Origin: Verrucomicrobiota bacterium
GTDB lineage: Bacteria > Verrucomicrobiota > Verrucomicrobiia > Limisphaerales > UBA8199
Direction of reading: 5' to 3'
Assembly (NCBI GenBank): GCA_012517205.1
Contig: JAAYVL010000022.1
Span: forward strand, 85,384 to 149,383
DNA: 64,000 bases
Shown here one piece after another: positions 20,682-30,748 of this stretch. The notes under the pieces are model-generated. The model made no database searches. It saw only the letters and a program-made list of their open reading frames with translations, and was not told where the DNA came from. The position numbers were made by a program, and so were the translations under genes. Position 1 is the stretch's first letter. Each line of letters opens with the position of its first letter.

Positions 20682-21011
20682 TTAAACGACTGCGGGGCGG
20701 AGCGGTTCTACAAGAATCAATTGCGCCAATTGCTGGCTGATGGCCAGGCGCGCGTTGCACACCTGGCAGATGAAATTGGTCTGGCTGGTCAGCAGCTTGA
20801 TGATTCGGTCTTCGCCCAGGCCCAGTTCGCGCAGGCGGTTTTGCAGTTCGGGCGCACCGCACAATTGTTTGATGCGCACCGCGACGCCGGCCTTAATCTG
20901 GCTCAGCGGACAAACCTCGCAGCGGCACTCTTGCTGGCACCTGAACTCGGACTTGCTCTGCCGTTTCATTTTTTCGTCAGGAATCTCGGCTAATCCACTC
21001 GTTTCAACCAC
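20682..21011 (-). CDS. FeoA-domain protein with Cys-rich N-terminus
   Basis: The core reads CPLSQIKAGVAVRIKQLCGAPELQNRLRELGLGEDRIIKLL......ICQVCNARLAISQQLAQLILVE, an FeoA/SH3-like fold pattern. The start is either the GTG at 21011 or the ATG at 20969 (MKRQSKSEFRCQQECRCEVCPL). No feoB is present in the window. Confidence 0.7.
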   Translation of the reverse strand: MVETSGLAEIPDEKMKRQSKSEFRCQQECRCEVCPLSQIKAGVAVRIKQLCGAPELQNRLRELGLGEDRIIKLLTSQTNFICQVCNARLAISQQLAQLILVEPLRPAVV

Positions 21012-21230
21012 ACGTTTTTTGCCGTTTTATATGCATAAATTGCACGGCTTTTGGCCGGGGCGCCTTGACTTGGGTCAAGCAATTCGCCCGGCGGCGGCGC
21101 GGGGGAACTGGTTTGCACCGCCGGGCGCGCGGGCGCGAGGGGAATTGAATTGCCGTTGGCGGCGGGGGCGACTACGGTATCGTTGCGAATTACTGGCAAA
21201 CGAGAATCTTATTTGGCTGATAGAGTTTTT
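21012..21230. promoter_or_regulatory. divergent intergenic region with two palindromes (candidate operators)
   Basis: It contains the AT-rich TTTTATATGCATAAATT with core palindrome TATGCATA (21030-21037), and CTTGAC-TTGG-GTCAAG (21064-21079). It lies between the feoA-like gene and glgP. Confidence 0.3.
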
Positions 21231-23411
21231 ATGACCAAGAAACCGCTGACAACTCAGGAATTGCAGGAATTGACCGTGGCGCTGAACCGCGTGGCGCGGA
21301 ACCTGTGGTGGACGTGGAACCAGGAGGCGCAGGACGTTTTTCAGGAACTGTCGCCGCGGGGCTGGCAGAATCTCTACCACAACGCGGTGGCAATCCTGCG
21401 CGAGGTGTCGGATTACGAGCTGCGGGTGCGCCTGCAAGACCCGGATTTCTGCGACCGGGTGAACGAAGTGCTGCGGCTTTTCGAGACCTACATGAATGAC
21501 TCGCGCACCTGGGCGCATGAGCACGCCCCGGCCCTGCGGGCCAACCCGGTGGCTTATTTCTCGGCGGAATTCGGTTTTCACGAGGCCTTGCCGATTGCGG
21601 CGGGCGGGTTGGGAATCCTGGCCGGAGACCATACGAAGTCGGCGAGCGACCTGGGGGTGGGCTTTGTGGGGATCAGCTTGTTTTACCGGGAGGGCTATTT
21701 TCAGCAGGCCATAGATACGAACAACTGGCAGACGGAGTATTACACGCAGTTGAAGCCGAAGAACCTGCCCATCGAGCCGGTGCTCAACGAGAAAGGCGAG
21801 CCGGTGGTGTGCCGGGTGGGGATCGGGATGAACGACGTGGCGTTTCAGGCCTGGCGGGTGAACGTGGGGCGGGCGACGGTTTATTTGCTTGATGCCAACC
21901 GTCCCGAGAACGAGCAGCATTTCAGCGAGCTGACCCAGCGCGTCTATGGCGGCGACAGCACCACCCGCATCATGCAGGAAATGCTGCTGGGCATCGGCGG
22001 GGTGCGCCTGCTGCGCGCCCTGGGAGTGAAGCCGTCGGTGTATCATCTGAACGAAGGGCACGCGGCTTTTTTGACGCTGGAGCTGATGCGCGAGCGGCTG
22101 GCGGCGGGCCGGAGTTTCGCGGAAGCGTTAAGCCAGACCCGGGCCGAGTGTATTTTTACGACCCACACGCCGGTCGAAGCGGGGCACGACCGCTTCCGCC
22201 CGGACCTGGTGGACTACGCCATGCAACGGTACCGGGCGGAACTGCCGGTGCCGTTTTCGGAGGTGCTCAAGCTGGGCCGGGTGAACCCGCAAGATGCGAA
22301 CGAACCGTTTTGCATGACGGTGCTGGCGTTGAAGATGTCGCGGGCGGCCAACGCCGTGAGCGAATTGCACGGCCGGGTCAGCCGGCAGATGTGGCACTGC
22401 CTGTATCCGGACCGGTCGGTGGACGAGGTGCCGATCGGGCATATCACCAATGGGGTTCACCTGCTGGGCTGGATGAAGGGGACCGTGCGCCGGTTCTGGC
22501 AGCGCAAGCTCAAAGCCAGCCTCGCCGACGCGGCGCCGCCGGGGTTTCGCGGGCCGGGGGCCGATTGGGCCGCGCAGGTCAATTCCCCGGAGTTCTGGCA
22601 GCGGGTTGCGGACCCGGAGTTTATCTCCGACGAGGAGCTGTGGGCGTTGCGTTATAAGCTGCGCCGGGAACTGATCGAGTTCGCGCGGCGGCGGCTGCTG
22701 ATTCAGCAGCAGCGCCTGATGCACGGCGATTTCATTGCGTTCGACCAGTTGCTGAATCCCGACGCGTTGACGATCGGGTTCGCGCGCCGGTTTGCGACCT
22801 ACAAGCGGGCGCCCCTGGTGTTTCAGCAGTTGGAGAATATTGTGCGCCTCACGCGCGACCCGGAGCGCCCGATCCAGTTTATCTTTGCCGGCAAAGCCCA
22901 CCCGCGCGATGACGAGGGGAAGCGCTACATTCAGTATGTGATTCACCTGAGCAAATACAGCGATCTCAAGGGGCACCTGGTCTTTCTGGAGAACTACGAC
23001 ATTCATGTGGCCCGGCAGATGGTGTCCGGCTGCGATGTGTGGCTCAACACGCCGCGCCGCCCGCTGGAAGCCTCCGGCACCAGCGGCATGAAATCCGGCA
23101 CCCACGGCAGCCTGAACCTGAGCATCCTGGACGGCTGGTGGCGCGAGGGCTACGACGGGAGCAACGGCTTTGCCATTGGCGAAGATGCCCATGCCAGCTC
23201 GGTCGAGGAGCAGGACAAGGTGGACAGCGCCAATCTTTACAAGGTGCTGACGCAGGACGTGATCCCGCTGTTCTTCCAGCGCGACGCGCAGGGCATCCCG
23301 CGCCAATGGATTCAGCGCATCCGCCGCGCGGTGGTGACCCTCGTGCCGCAATTTACGACCGCGCGCATGGTGCGGGAATATACCGAGAAGTATTATCTGC
23401 CCAAGACGTAG
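21231..23411 (+). CDS. glgP: alpha-glucan phosphorylase (GT35, maltodextrin/glycogen phosphorylase type)
   Basis: The ORF is 21150..23411, and the ATG at 21231 gives [14 protein letters not shown]. Diagnostic strings are [31 protein letters not shown] and [20 protein letters not shown] (PLP-Lys region). Confidence 0.9.
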   Translation: MTKKPLTTQELQELTVALNRVARNLWWTWNQEAQDVFQELSPRGWQNLYHNAVAILREVSDYELRVRLQDPDFCDRVNEVLRLFETYMNDSRTWAHEHAPALRANPVAYFSAEFGFHEALPIAAGGLGILAGDHTKSASDLGVGFVGISLFYREGYFQQAIDTNNWQTEYYTQLKPKNLPIEPVLNEKGEPVVCRVGIGMNDVAFQAWRVNVGRATVYLLDANRPENEQHFSELTQRVYGGDSTTRIMQEMLLGIGGVRLLRALGVKPSVYHLNEGHAAFLTLELMRERLAAGRSFAEALSQTRAECIFTTHTPVEAGHDRFRPDLVDYAMQRYRAELPVPFSEVLKLGRVNPQDANEPFCMTVLALKMSRAANAVSELHGRVSRQMWHCLYPDRSVDEVPIGHITNGVHLLGWMKGTVRRFWQRKLKASLADAAPPGFRGPGADWAAQVNSPEFWQRVADPEFISDEELWALRYKLRRELIEFARRRLLIQQQRLMHGDFIAFDQLLNPDALTIGFARRFATYKRAPLVFQQLENIVRLTRDPERPIQFIFAGKAHPRDDEGKRYIQYVIHLSKYSDLKGHLVFLENYDIHVARQMVSGCDVWLNTPRRPLEASGTSGMKSGTHGSLNLSILDGWWREGYDGSNGFAIGEDAHASSVEEQDKVDSANLYKVLTQDVIPLFFQRDAQGIPRQWIQRIRRAVVTLVPQFTTARMVREYTEKYYLPKT

Positions 23412-23513
23412 CCCGCCCGCTTCGACCGGCTGGGCGCCGGCCTTCCCGGGGCGGGAGATCGGAGGGTAAAATAGGGTCTCGTTGCCGGGGCGGCTCTGCG
23501 CTACTTTGTCCGG

Positions 23514-24737
23514 GTGCTGACGGACATCAAATCGCAGACGGCGGAGGAACTGGAAAACCAGTTTCGGGCCTGGGGCCAGCCGGCTTACCGGGTTCAGCAA
23601 CTGCTGGAATGGCTTTATGCGCACCGCGCCACAAGCTGGGAGGCCATGACGAACCTGCCCCGGGCGCTGCGGGAGGAGTTGCGGCGGCATTACTCGCTGG
23701 CGGTGCTGGAGTTGGTGCGGAAGCAGGGAGCGCGGGACGCGACGCAGAAGTTTTTGTGGCGGCTGAGCGATGGGGCGCTCATCGAGAGCGTGCTGATGGC
23801 AGCCAACCCGGCGCTTTATGGCGAACCCAGCGACCGGCATACGCTGTGCGTTTCCACCCAGGTCGGCTGTGCCTACGGGTGCAAGTTCTGCGCCAGCGGG
23901 CTGGCGGGCTGGAAACGAAATCTGCGCGTCGAGGAAATCGTCGAGCAGGTGCTGGCCGTCGAGCGGTGGAACGCCGGGGAGAGCGCCTCCGGGGCCGCCT
24001 GCGAAAACCCCGGCTTCGGGAACCCGGGACCGGAGGCTGGCGGTGAGAACGGGAGGGCGCAAGACGCGCCCGGCGCCAGGCCCGGCGCATCCTTCGTGCC
24101 ACACGGCGCGCCGTTCGCCTCCCCGGCCCGTCTGGTAAGCAACCTGGTAATCATGGGTATGGGCGAGCCGCTGGCCAATTTCGATAACCTGCTCAAAGCC
24201 CTGCGGATTCTGAATGCGCCGTGGGGCGGGGGCATTGGCGCACGGAAAATAACCATTTCGACCAGCGGGTTGGCGCCGCAAATCCGCAAGCTGGCGGAGG
24301 AGCCGCAGCAGTTCCGGCTGGCGATTTCCCTGCACGGCGCGACGGATGAGACGCGCAGCCGGATCATGCCGGTCAACCGCAAGTATCCGCTTCGCGAGCT
24401 CACCGCCGCCTGCGAGGAGTACCAGCGGAAGCGGGGGCGGATGATCACGTTCGAGTATATTCTGATTGCCGGCGTGAATGATGGCCTGGACCAGGTCCTG
24501 CCGCTGGCGGCCCTGGCGCGCCGGTTCAAGGCCAAGGTGAACCTGATTCCCTATAATCGTGTCGAGGGCCTGGCTTGGGAGCGCCCGGCCGAGGATGTGC
24601 AGGAGGCTTTCCTTCAGGCGCTGGCGAAACAGAAGGTCAAGGCCACCCTGCGCCGCGAAAAAGGCGGGGATATTGACGCCGCCTGCGGGCAGTTGCGATT
24701 GAAGACGGAGCGGGAGCTTGGCCGCCGCGCTTCCTGA
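23514..24737 (+). CDS. rlmN: 23S rRNA (adenine2503-C2)-methyltransferase / tRNA m2A37 methyltransferase
   Basis: 407 aa with a GTG start. It has the radical-SAM cluster [27 protein letters not shown] and the C-terminal [11 protein letters not shown]. It carries a roughly 55-aa Gly/Pro/Ala-rich insertion. Confidence 0.9.
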   Translation: MLTDIKSQTAEELENQFRAWGQPAYRVQQLLEWLYAHRATSWEAMTNLPRALREELRRHYSLAVLELVRKQGARDATQKFLWRLSDGALIESVLMAANPALYGEPSDRHTLCVSTQVGCAYGCKFCASGLAGWKRNLRVEEIVEQVLAVERWNAGESASGAACENPGFGNPGPEAGGENGRAQDAPGARPGASFVPHGAPFASPARLVSNLVIMGMGEPLANFDNLLKALRILNAPWGGGIGARKITISTSGLAPQIRKLAEEPQQFRLAISLHGATDETRSRIMPVNRKYPLRELTAACEEYQRKRGRMITFEYILIAGVNDGLDQVLPLAALARRFKAKVNLIPYNRVEGLAWERPAEDVQEAFLQALAKQKVKATLRREKGGDIDAACGQLRLKTERELGRRAS

Positions 24738-25023
24738 TGGCGATGCGGCGGCGGCGGCTTTCGCGGGGGCAACGGCATGGAGGCATGCGGGAAAGCACCC
24801 TCCGGCGCCAGGGCCGCCTCTACTCCTGGCCACTTGGAGCCGTGCGGGGAAAGGCGCTGGCGGAGGCAGCCGTGGCGGCAGGGCCTGCGGGCGCCCTCGC
24901 CACGCCGGGGGTGGACGCCGGACTCCCCGCGGTTCCGCATTTTTCGATCCCGAACGCCCGGGGCTGGGGCCGGGCGTCGAAAACCGGGGTTGCTTTCAGC
25001 GGCTTCCCCGCTAAGGTGGCACT

Positions 25024-26217
25024 GTGGGCAGTGAGTATTCAACCGCGGCGCATTGGCCGCATGAGTTTAGCGAACCGGGCCTCCAGAAATGGGCGGAGAA
25101 TCTGCGGCGCCAGTTGGCCGCGCCGCGGGTGTCGTTGGGGCTGGTTTTCATGTCTCCGCGCTTTTTCGATCGCGCGCAGCAGGTGCTGGAGATTCTGCGC
25201 GTGCATGCTCACATCCCGCTGCTGGCGGGCTGTTCCAGCCAGAGCCTGATCGTCGGCGACCATGAAGTGGAGAAAGACGCGGGCTTGACCCTGGGGCTTT
25301 ATGCGCTGCCGGGGGCCGACTTGCGGGCGGTTCATTTTTCGCAGGAGCAGGTCGAGGAAGCCAACGGCCCCGGCTATTGGCACCTGGAAACCGGGGTCGA
25401 GCCCGACCGGAGCAACGGCTGGCTGACCTTCATTAACCCGTTCCACCTGGACAGCGAAACCTGGCTCCGCACCTGGAACGAGGCTTACGCGCCGTTGCCG
25501 GTGTTGGGCGGCCTGGCCAGCGGCGAGTCCGACGCGCAGGCCACCCAGGTGTATCTGAACGGCGAGGTGTACCCGGAGGGCGGCGTGGCGATTTCCGTCG
25601 GCGGCGCGGTGCGGGTGGTCGGCGTGACGTCGCAGGCCTGCACCCCCATTGGCCAGACCTGGACCCTTACCAAGGTGGAGCAGAACATCATCCACCGAAT
25701 CGGCAACCGGCCCGCCTATGAAGTGCTGGCCGAGACCTTCAACCAACTCCCCTCCGACCAACAGGAAACCGCCCGCGGCAATCTCTTTATCGGCCTGGTG
25801 GTTAACGAATACCTGGAGGATTTCCAGCGCGGCGATTTCCTGATCCGCAACTTGCTCGGCGCCGACCCGCAGTCGGGCAGCATCGCCGTTGGCGCCCTGC
25901 CGCGCCTGGGCCAAACCATCCAGTTCCAGCGGCGTTCGGCCGCTACCGCCGATGAGGACATGCGCGAGTTGCTCGCGCGCGCCAAGCAGCAACTGGGCGA
26001 TACCCCGATTTATGGCGGCTGCCTGTGCAGTTGCAACGGGCGCGGCCAAAGCCTGTTTGGCCAGCCCAATCACGACGCCCAAATGGTCCAGCAACGATTC
26101 GGGCCGCTGGGCCTGGCGGGCTTCTTCTGCAATGGCGAGATCGGCCCGGTGGGGCAGAAGAGCTTCCTGCACGGCCACACCGCCTCGCTCGCGCTGTTCG
26201 TCAAAAAGACCGATTAG
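25024..26217 (+). CDS. FIST (N+C) domain sensory protein
   Basis: 397 aa. The C-terminal AGFFCNGEIGPVG...FLHGHTASLALF is the FIST_C signature, and the N-terminal half is consistent with FIST_N. Confidence 0.7.
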   Translation: MGSEYSTAAHWPHEFSEPGLQKWAENLRRQLAAPRVSLGLVFMSPRFFDRAQQVLEILRVHAHIPLLAGCSSQSLIVGDHEVEKDAGLTLGLYALPGADLRAVHFSQEQVEEANGPGYWHLETGVEPDRSNGWLTFINPFHLDSETWLRTWNEAYAPLPVLGGLASGESDAQATQVYLNGEVYPEGGVAISVGGAVRVVGVTSQACTPIGQTWTLTKVEQNIIHRIGNRPAYEVLAETFNQLPSDQQETARGNLFIGLVVNEYLEDFQRGDFLIRNLLGADPQSGSIAVGALPRLGQTIQFQRRSAATADEDMRELLARAKQQLGDTPIYGGCLCSCNGRGQSLFGQPNHDAQMVQQRFGPLGLAGFFCNGEIGPVGQKSFLHGHTASLALFVKKTD

Positions 26218-26426
26218 GCGCTCCGCGTGCTGGGTGGCAGAGTCCGCAGGGTTGCCCCGGCGGCCCCGCGCGCCGCGGGAAGCCCCGGAAGGAGCGCGGG
26301 TATGCGGGTTATTCCCGGAGCGCAGTTCCGCCGGGTGGAGAGGGATGTCCGCGCCCGCTTTGGCCCGGCGCCATTTCCTTGTTTCAAGGGCTTGCTTCCT
26401 TTTGCTGCGCTTTTTACGCTGACAGC

Positions 26427-28556
26427 ATGAACAGGTTCGCGAAACATCGGCAGAACAGCGGAGCGGCGTTGGGGACGCTGCTGGCACTACTTGTCCTTTC
26501 CTCCAGCCGCGGGGCGGTCGGAGACTTTACGTTCATCCATACGAGCGATTTGCATGCGCCGATGGCTCAAAGCAAGACGACGGTCGCCCAAATCGTCGGT
26601 TTGGGGCCGATTGACCTGGCCCCGTACGGCCTCGAGATTCCAAAGCCCAGCTTTGTGTTGGCGACCGGCGACCTGAATGAGTTCGGCGGTGGCAGCGGCT
26701 GGTGGGAGGAATACCAGGCTTATTGGAAGGGAATCACCATCCCGGTGTTTCCACAACTGGGGAACCACGATAATACCTGGCGGTCCAATTTGAAGTCGCT
26801 GCGTGACGCCGGATTGGCCGCTTGCTATTCGTTCGACAGTCATACCTGCCACTTCGTTGGCCTGATGACGCCCACCCTGCAGGATCCCCGCCCGTCCGTC
26901 GGTGAAGAACAACTGCTCTGGCTCAAGCAGGACCTGGCGAAAGTCGGCCCCCAGCGACCGGTGTTTGTTTTCTTCCACCATCCGCTGCCGGGGTCGGAGT
27001 TTGCCAGCCGCTACGACTACGACCGGCTGCTGGACGTCTTGCACGGCTATAACACCGTGCTGATGATGGCCGGCCACTCGCACGGATATGCGCATCGCCT
27101 GGTGGAAGGCATAGACCAGACCACCGGCGGCTCCACTTTCGGCCCCAATGCGGGCTTCGCCGTGGTGTCCGTCAAAGAGGGCATGCTGCGCGTGGCCTAT
27201 TGGAAAGCGGATGCCCCGGCCCCCGGATTGAAGCTGCTGGAAAAACCCATTCCGGAGCAAACATCCTACCCTAAAATCGAAATCATTTCCCCTGCTTTCC
27301 GGCAGGCCGGCGGCAGCTCCGTGAGCGTTTCCGCGCGCCTGTCCGGAGCCGTTGCCCTTGAGAAGGCTACTTACAGCGTGGATGATGAGATCAAGGGAGA
27401 CCTCAAACTTTCGGGGACGGCGCCGAACTGGACTGCGGACGGCACGGTGGAGGTAAGCCGGCTATTGCCCGGCGCGCACTATCTGCGGGTGGAGTTCATG
27501 CAGGGCAGCGAGCGGTTCAGCCGCAGCACGCAGTTCTTTTTCGAGCCGGAACAACAGCCCACAGCCTGGCGGGCCTACCTGGGAGCTTCCAGCAAAGTCA
27601 CGCCGGCCATCGTTGACGAGGTGGTCTATGTGGGGGCGAATGACGGCGCCCTGCGCGCGTTCAATGCCCGCACCGGCGCGGCGCTGTGGGAAGTTCGCAC
27701 CGGCGCGGAAATCCTGGCGGAACCGCTAATCGCCAAGGGAACGGTCTATACCGCCAACGGGCTGGGAATCGTCTCGGCTTACACCACCAGCGGCGAGAAG
27801 CTCTGGTCGTTCACCGCCGGCGATGCGGTCTATTCCTCCCCCGTGCCGGCGGACGGCAAAATCATCTTCGGCTGCAATAACGGCTGGCTCTACGCCTTGG
27901 ATGCGGGCACGGGCAAGCTCGCCTGGACCAACAAGGACGCCACCTACGCCATCGAGTCCAAGCCCTGTGTCTGGAACGACAAGGTCTTCTTTGGCGCCTG
28001 GGACCAGTATGTTCGCTGCGTCAACGCCCGGGATGGCAAATTGGTTTGGCAGCAACTGGGCGAAGGCTCACGCGCCGTCAAGGGCGCCAAACGCTATTAC
28101 AGCCCCGCCGACGCCATGCCGGTCGTCGCCGAAGGCAAGGTGATGATTGCCGATCGCAATATGATGCTGAGCATCCTCGACGCTGAGACTGGCGAGCCCG
28201 CCGGCTCAATGACCGGGGTTTCGGCCACCGGCATCTCTGAGGATGGCCAGCACGTTTATCTGCGCAAAACCAATGGCGAACTCGCCAAGGTGGACAGCTC
28301 AGGCAAGGAAATCTGGCGGGTGGCGGCGCTCCTCGGCGCCATCCCCACCGCGCCAACGGAGAAAAACGGCGTCGTCTATGTTTGCAGCGGCAAGGGAGTT
28401 GTTTCCGCCATTGCTGCGGACAACGGCAAAATCTTGTGGCAATACCAGGCTTCGCCCCAGCTTTACGTCATGGGCTCGGTGGTTTCCGACGGCACCCACG
28501 CCTACCTGACCAGCTTCGACGGCAGCCTCACCGCCATCAAGTGTCCAGCGCAATGA
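26427..28556 (+). CDS. secreted metallophosphoesterase fused to PQQ-like (BamB-type) beta-propeller repeats
   Basis: The ORF is 26025..28556, but the ATG at 26427 gives the signal peptide MNRFAKHRQNSGAALGTLLALLVLSS. Calcineurin-like motifs are present: IHTSDLHAP, GDLNEFG, GNHDN, FFHHP and GHSHGY. The C-terminal half has repeated G.VY.....G.L.A.....G...W units. Confidence 0.8.
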   Translation: MNRFAKHRQNSGAALGTLLALLVLSSSRGAVGDFTFIHTSDLHAPMAQSKTTVAQIVGLGPIDLAPYGLEIPKPSFVLATGDLNEFGGGSGWWEEYQAYWKGITIPVFPQLGNHDNTWRSNLKSLRDAGLAACYSFDSHTCHFVGLMTPTLQDPRPSVGEEQLLWLKQDLAKVGPQRPVFVFFHHPLPGSEFASRYDYDRLLDVLHGYNTVLMMAGHSHGYAHRLVEGIDQTTGGSTFGPNAGFAVVSVKEGMLRVAYWKADAPAPGLKLLEKPIPEQTSYPKIEIISPAFRQAGGSSVSVSARLSGAVALEKATYSVDDEIKGDLKLSGTAPNWTADGTVEVSRLLPGAHYLRVEFMQGSERFSRSTQFFFEPEQQPTAWRAYLGASSKVTPAIVDEVVYVGANDGALRAFNARTGAALWEVRTGAEILAEPLIAKGTVYTANGLGIVSAYTTSGEKLWSFTAGDAVYSSPVPADGKIIFGCNNGWLYALDAGTGKLAWTNKDATYAIESKPCVWNDKVFFGAWDQYVRCVNARDGKLVWQQLGEGSRAVKGAKRYYSPADAMPVVAEGKVMIADRNMMLSILDAETGEPAGSMTGVSATGISEDGQHVYLRKTNGELAKVDSSGKEIWRVAALLGAIPTAPTEKNGVVYVCSGKGVVSAIAADNGKILWQYQASPQLYVMGSVVSDGTHAYLTSFDGSLTAIKCPAQ

Positions 28557-28732
28557 GCGAGTGCCCGGGCGCGGACGTTCCGCCGGTTTAAGCGCTGCCG
28601 GGCAAACGCCTCTTCGCTGGAGTGACGCCGGGAGGTGGCCGGCTCGGTCGCGCGGCGGACCGGGCAGGGTCTGAGCCGTGGCGCTTTTGGAACTGGCAAT
28701 TATGGCGTGCTTCGGTAGCTTAGGGCTGAGAT

Positions 28733-29932
28733 ATGGCGCAGCAATTTAATTCCATCGAAGCCGTCATGGCCGATTTGCGGCGCGGCAAGATGGTCATCGT
28801 CACCGATGATGCCGACCGCGAGAACGAAGGCGACGTGATCGCGGCGGCGCAATTTGTGACGCCGGCGGTGGTGAACTTCATGGCCCGGCACGGCCGGGGG
28901 TTGATTTGCGTGCCGACGACCTCGGAGCGCCTGCAGCAACTGGGCATCGAGCGGATGGTGCGCCAGAATCGCGAGAACTTCAAGACGGACTTTCAAGTCA
29001 GCGTGGACGCCGCGCGCGGAATCACCTCCGGCATTAGCGCCGCCGACCGGGCGCGGACGATCCGGGTTCTGGCGGACCCGACCGCTGTGCCGGAAGACCT
29101 GGTGCAACCGGGGCATGTGTTTCCGTTGCGGGCGCGGCCCGGTGGCGTGCTCCAGCGGGCCGGGCATACCGAGGCGGCTGTGGACCTGGTCCAGCTCGCC
29201 GGTTGCCGGCCCATCGGGGTGATTTGCGAGATCATGAACGACGACGGCACGATGGCGCGGCTGCCGGAACTGATGAAGTTTGCCCGCAAGCATCGGCTGA
29301 AGGTCTGCGCGATAGCCGATCTGATCCAATACCGCCGGGCCCGCGAGAAACTGGTCGAGCGCGTCGAAGTGGTGAAGTTGCCGACCGAATACGGGAAGTT
29401 CGACTTGTATCTCTACCGCTCGAAGCTGGAAGGGTTGAATCATTTGGCGCTCGTGTGCGGGAACGTGGCGGGGAAGCGGGATGTGCTGGTGCGGGTTCAC
29501 AGCGAATGCCTCACGGGGGATGTGTTCAGTTCCTGCCGCTGTGACTGCGGGCCGCAATTGCGCCAGGCCATGCGGCAAGTGGCGGAGGCAGGCTGCGGCG
29601 TGGTGGTTTATATGCGCCAGGAAGGCCGGGGCATTGGCCTGGCCCCGAAAATCAAAGCCTATAAGCTTCAGGAGCGAGGATACGATACGGTCGAGGCCAA
29701 CCAGAAACTCGGTTACGCAATGGATTTGCGCGAATATGGCCTGGGGGCACAGATCCTGGCGGACCTGGGGCTGAAGCGCATACGTCTGCTGACGAATAAC
29801 CCGCGCAAGATTGTCGGGCTGGAGGGCTACGGATTGAAAGTCATCGAGCGGGTGCCGATCCAAGTAAAGCCGAACCCGCATAATGCCCGCTATTTGAAGA
29901 CCAAGCGCGAGAAACTCGGCCACCTCCTTTAG
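28733..29932 (+). CDS. ribBA: bifunctional 3,4-dihydroxy-2-butanone-4-phosphate synthase / GTP cyclohydrolase II
   Basis: 399 aa. It has [18 protein letters not shown], and the GCH-II zinc site [18 protein letters not shown]. Confidence 0.95.
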   Translation: MAQQFNSIEAVMADLRRGKMVIVTDDADRENEGDVIAAAQFVTPAVVNFMARHGRGLICVPTTSERLQQLGIERMVRQNRENFKTDFQVSVDAARGITSGISAADRARTIRVLADPTAVPEDLVQPGHVFPLRARPGGVLQRAGHTEAAVDLVQLAGCRPIGVICEIMNDDGTMARLPELMKFARKHRLKVCAIADLIQYRRAREKLVERVEVVKLPTEYGKFDLYLYRSKLEGLNHLALVCGNVAGKRDVLVRVHSECLTGDVFSSCRCDCGPQLRQAMRQVAEAGCGVVVYMRQEGRGIGLAPKIKAYKLQERGYDTVEANQKLGYAMDLREYGLGAQILADLGLKRIRLLTNNPRKIVGLEGYGLKVIERVPIQVKPNPHNARYLKTKREKLGHLL

Positions 29933-29962
29933 GTCCGGGCCGTCTCGCCATCGTGAAGTGAT

Positions 29963-30469
29963 ATGCTGAAAACCATCAAGAAGAAGAAATTGCAGGCCAG
30001 CGGCGGATGCTTTGCCATCGTTGCCTCGCGTTACAACGGCCGGTATGTTGATTCTATGATGCGGGCCGCCGTTTCGGAATTGAAGCGTGCCGGAGCTAAA
30101 CAGATCAGGATTGTGCGGGTGCCCGGCGCGTATGAGATTCCCCTGGTCGCCGCGCGTCTCGCCCGAAATTGCTCCCCTCACGCCCAGTCTCTCACCTCCT
30201 CCGGCATCCGCCCTGCCGCGATCATCTGTCTCGGGGTGATCCTGCGCGGCGAAACCGTTCATGCCGCTCACATCGGCGAGGCCGTCAGCCACGCACTGAT
30301 GGAGGTTCAGGTGGCCTATGAAGTGCCGGTAATTCATGAAGTGTTGTTGCTGGAAAACGAGGCCCAGGCGCGCGCCCGCTGTCTGGATCCACAGCGCAAC
30401 CGCGGCCGCGAAGCCGCCCAGACGGCACTGACAATGGCGCAGGTTATGGCGGGGTTGCGGGCGAAATAG
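29963..30469 (+). CDS. ribH: 6,7-dimethyl-8-ribityllumazine synthase
   Basis: 168 aa. FAIVASRYNGRYVDSMM...VRVPGAYEIPL...CLGVILRGET.H matches the family, and the gene follows ribBA. Confidence 0.9.
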   Translation: MLKTIKKKKLQASGGCFAIVASRYNGRYVDSMMRAAVSELKRAGAKQIRIVRVPGAYEIPLVAARLARNCSPHAQSLTSSGIRPAAIICLGVILRGETVHAAHIGEAVSHALMEVQVAYEVPVIHEVLLLENEAQARARCLDPQRNRGREAAQTALTMAQVMAGLRAK

Positions 30470-30748
30470 CCAATGCCAGAGAGGGGGCGTGCTGCGGGAA
30501 CGCAGTGGCAGGGGGATGAAGGCCAAAAACATTGTCGCTGACGAAGGGTTGGTCCTTCCGGTTCGCCCGGCAGGCCAGGCTGGCCGGCGGGACGAGGAAA
30601 CCACTTTGCATCGGTCAAGCCATTGCGGACATTGATAGTGCCGGGGAATTGATAGCGGGAGGGTTTTAACGTTAGCTCGCTGCCGCAGGTCTTTGCGGCC
30701 TAAATTTCGTTTCGACCTGTCGCCGGGAACCGGCTAGGGTTAAGGGCG

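Noticed and set aside
26025-26426. The 134-codon N-terminal extension of the metallophosphoesterase ORF, which overlaps the FIST gene.
   Set aside because: The extension is Arg/Pro/Gly-rich. The internal ATG at 26427 gives a textbook signal peptide and removes the overlap.
28557-28732. A possible FMN (RFN) riboswitch in the 176-nt leader of ribBA; a GGGCAGGGT string is present.
   Set aside because: The other conserved RFN blocks (for example the GGTGAAATTCCC and CCGACGGT-type segments) and the expected helices could not be found by eye. A covariance-model scan (Rfam RF00050) would be decisive.
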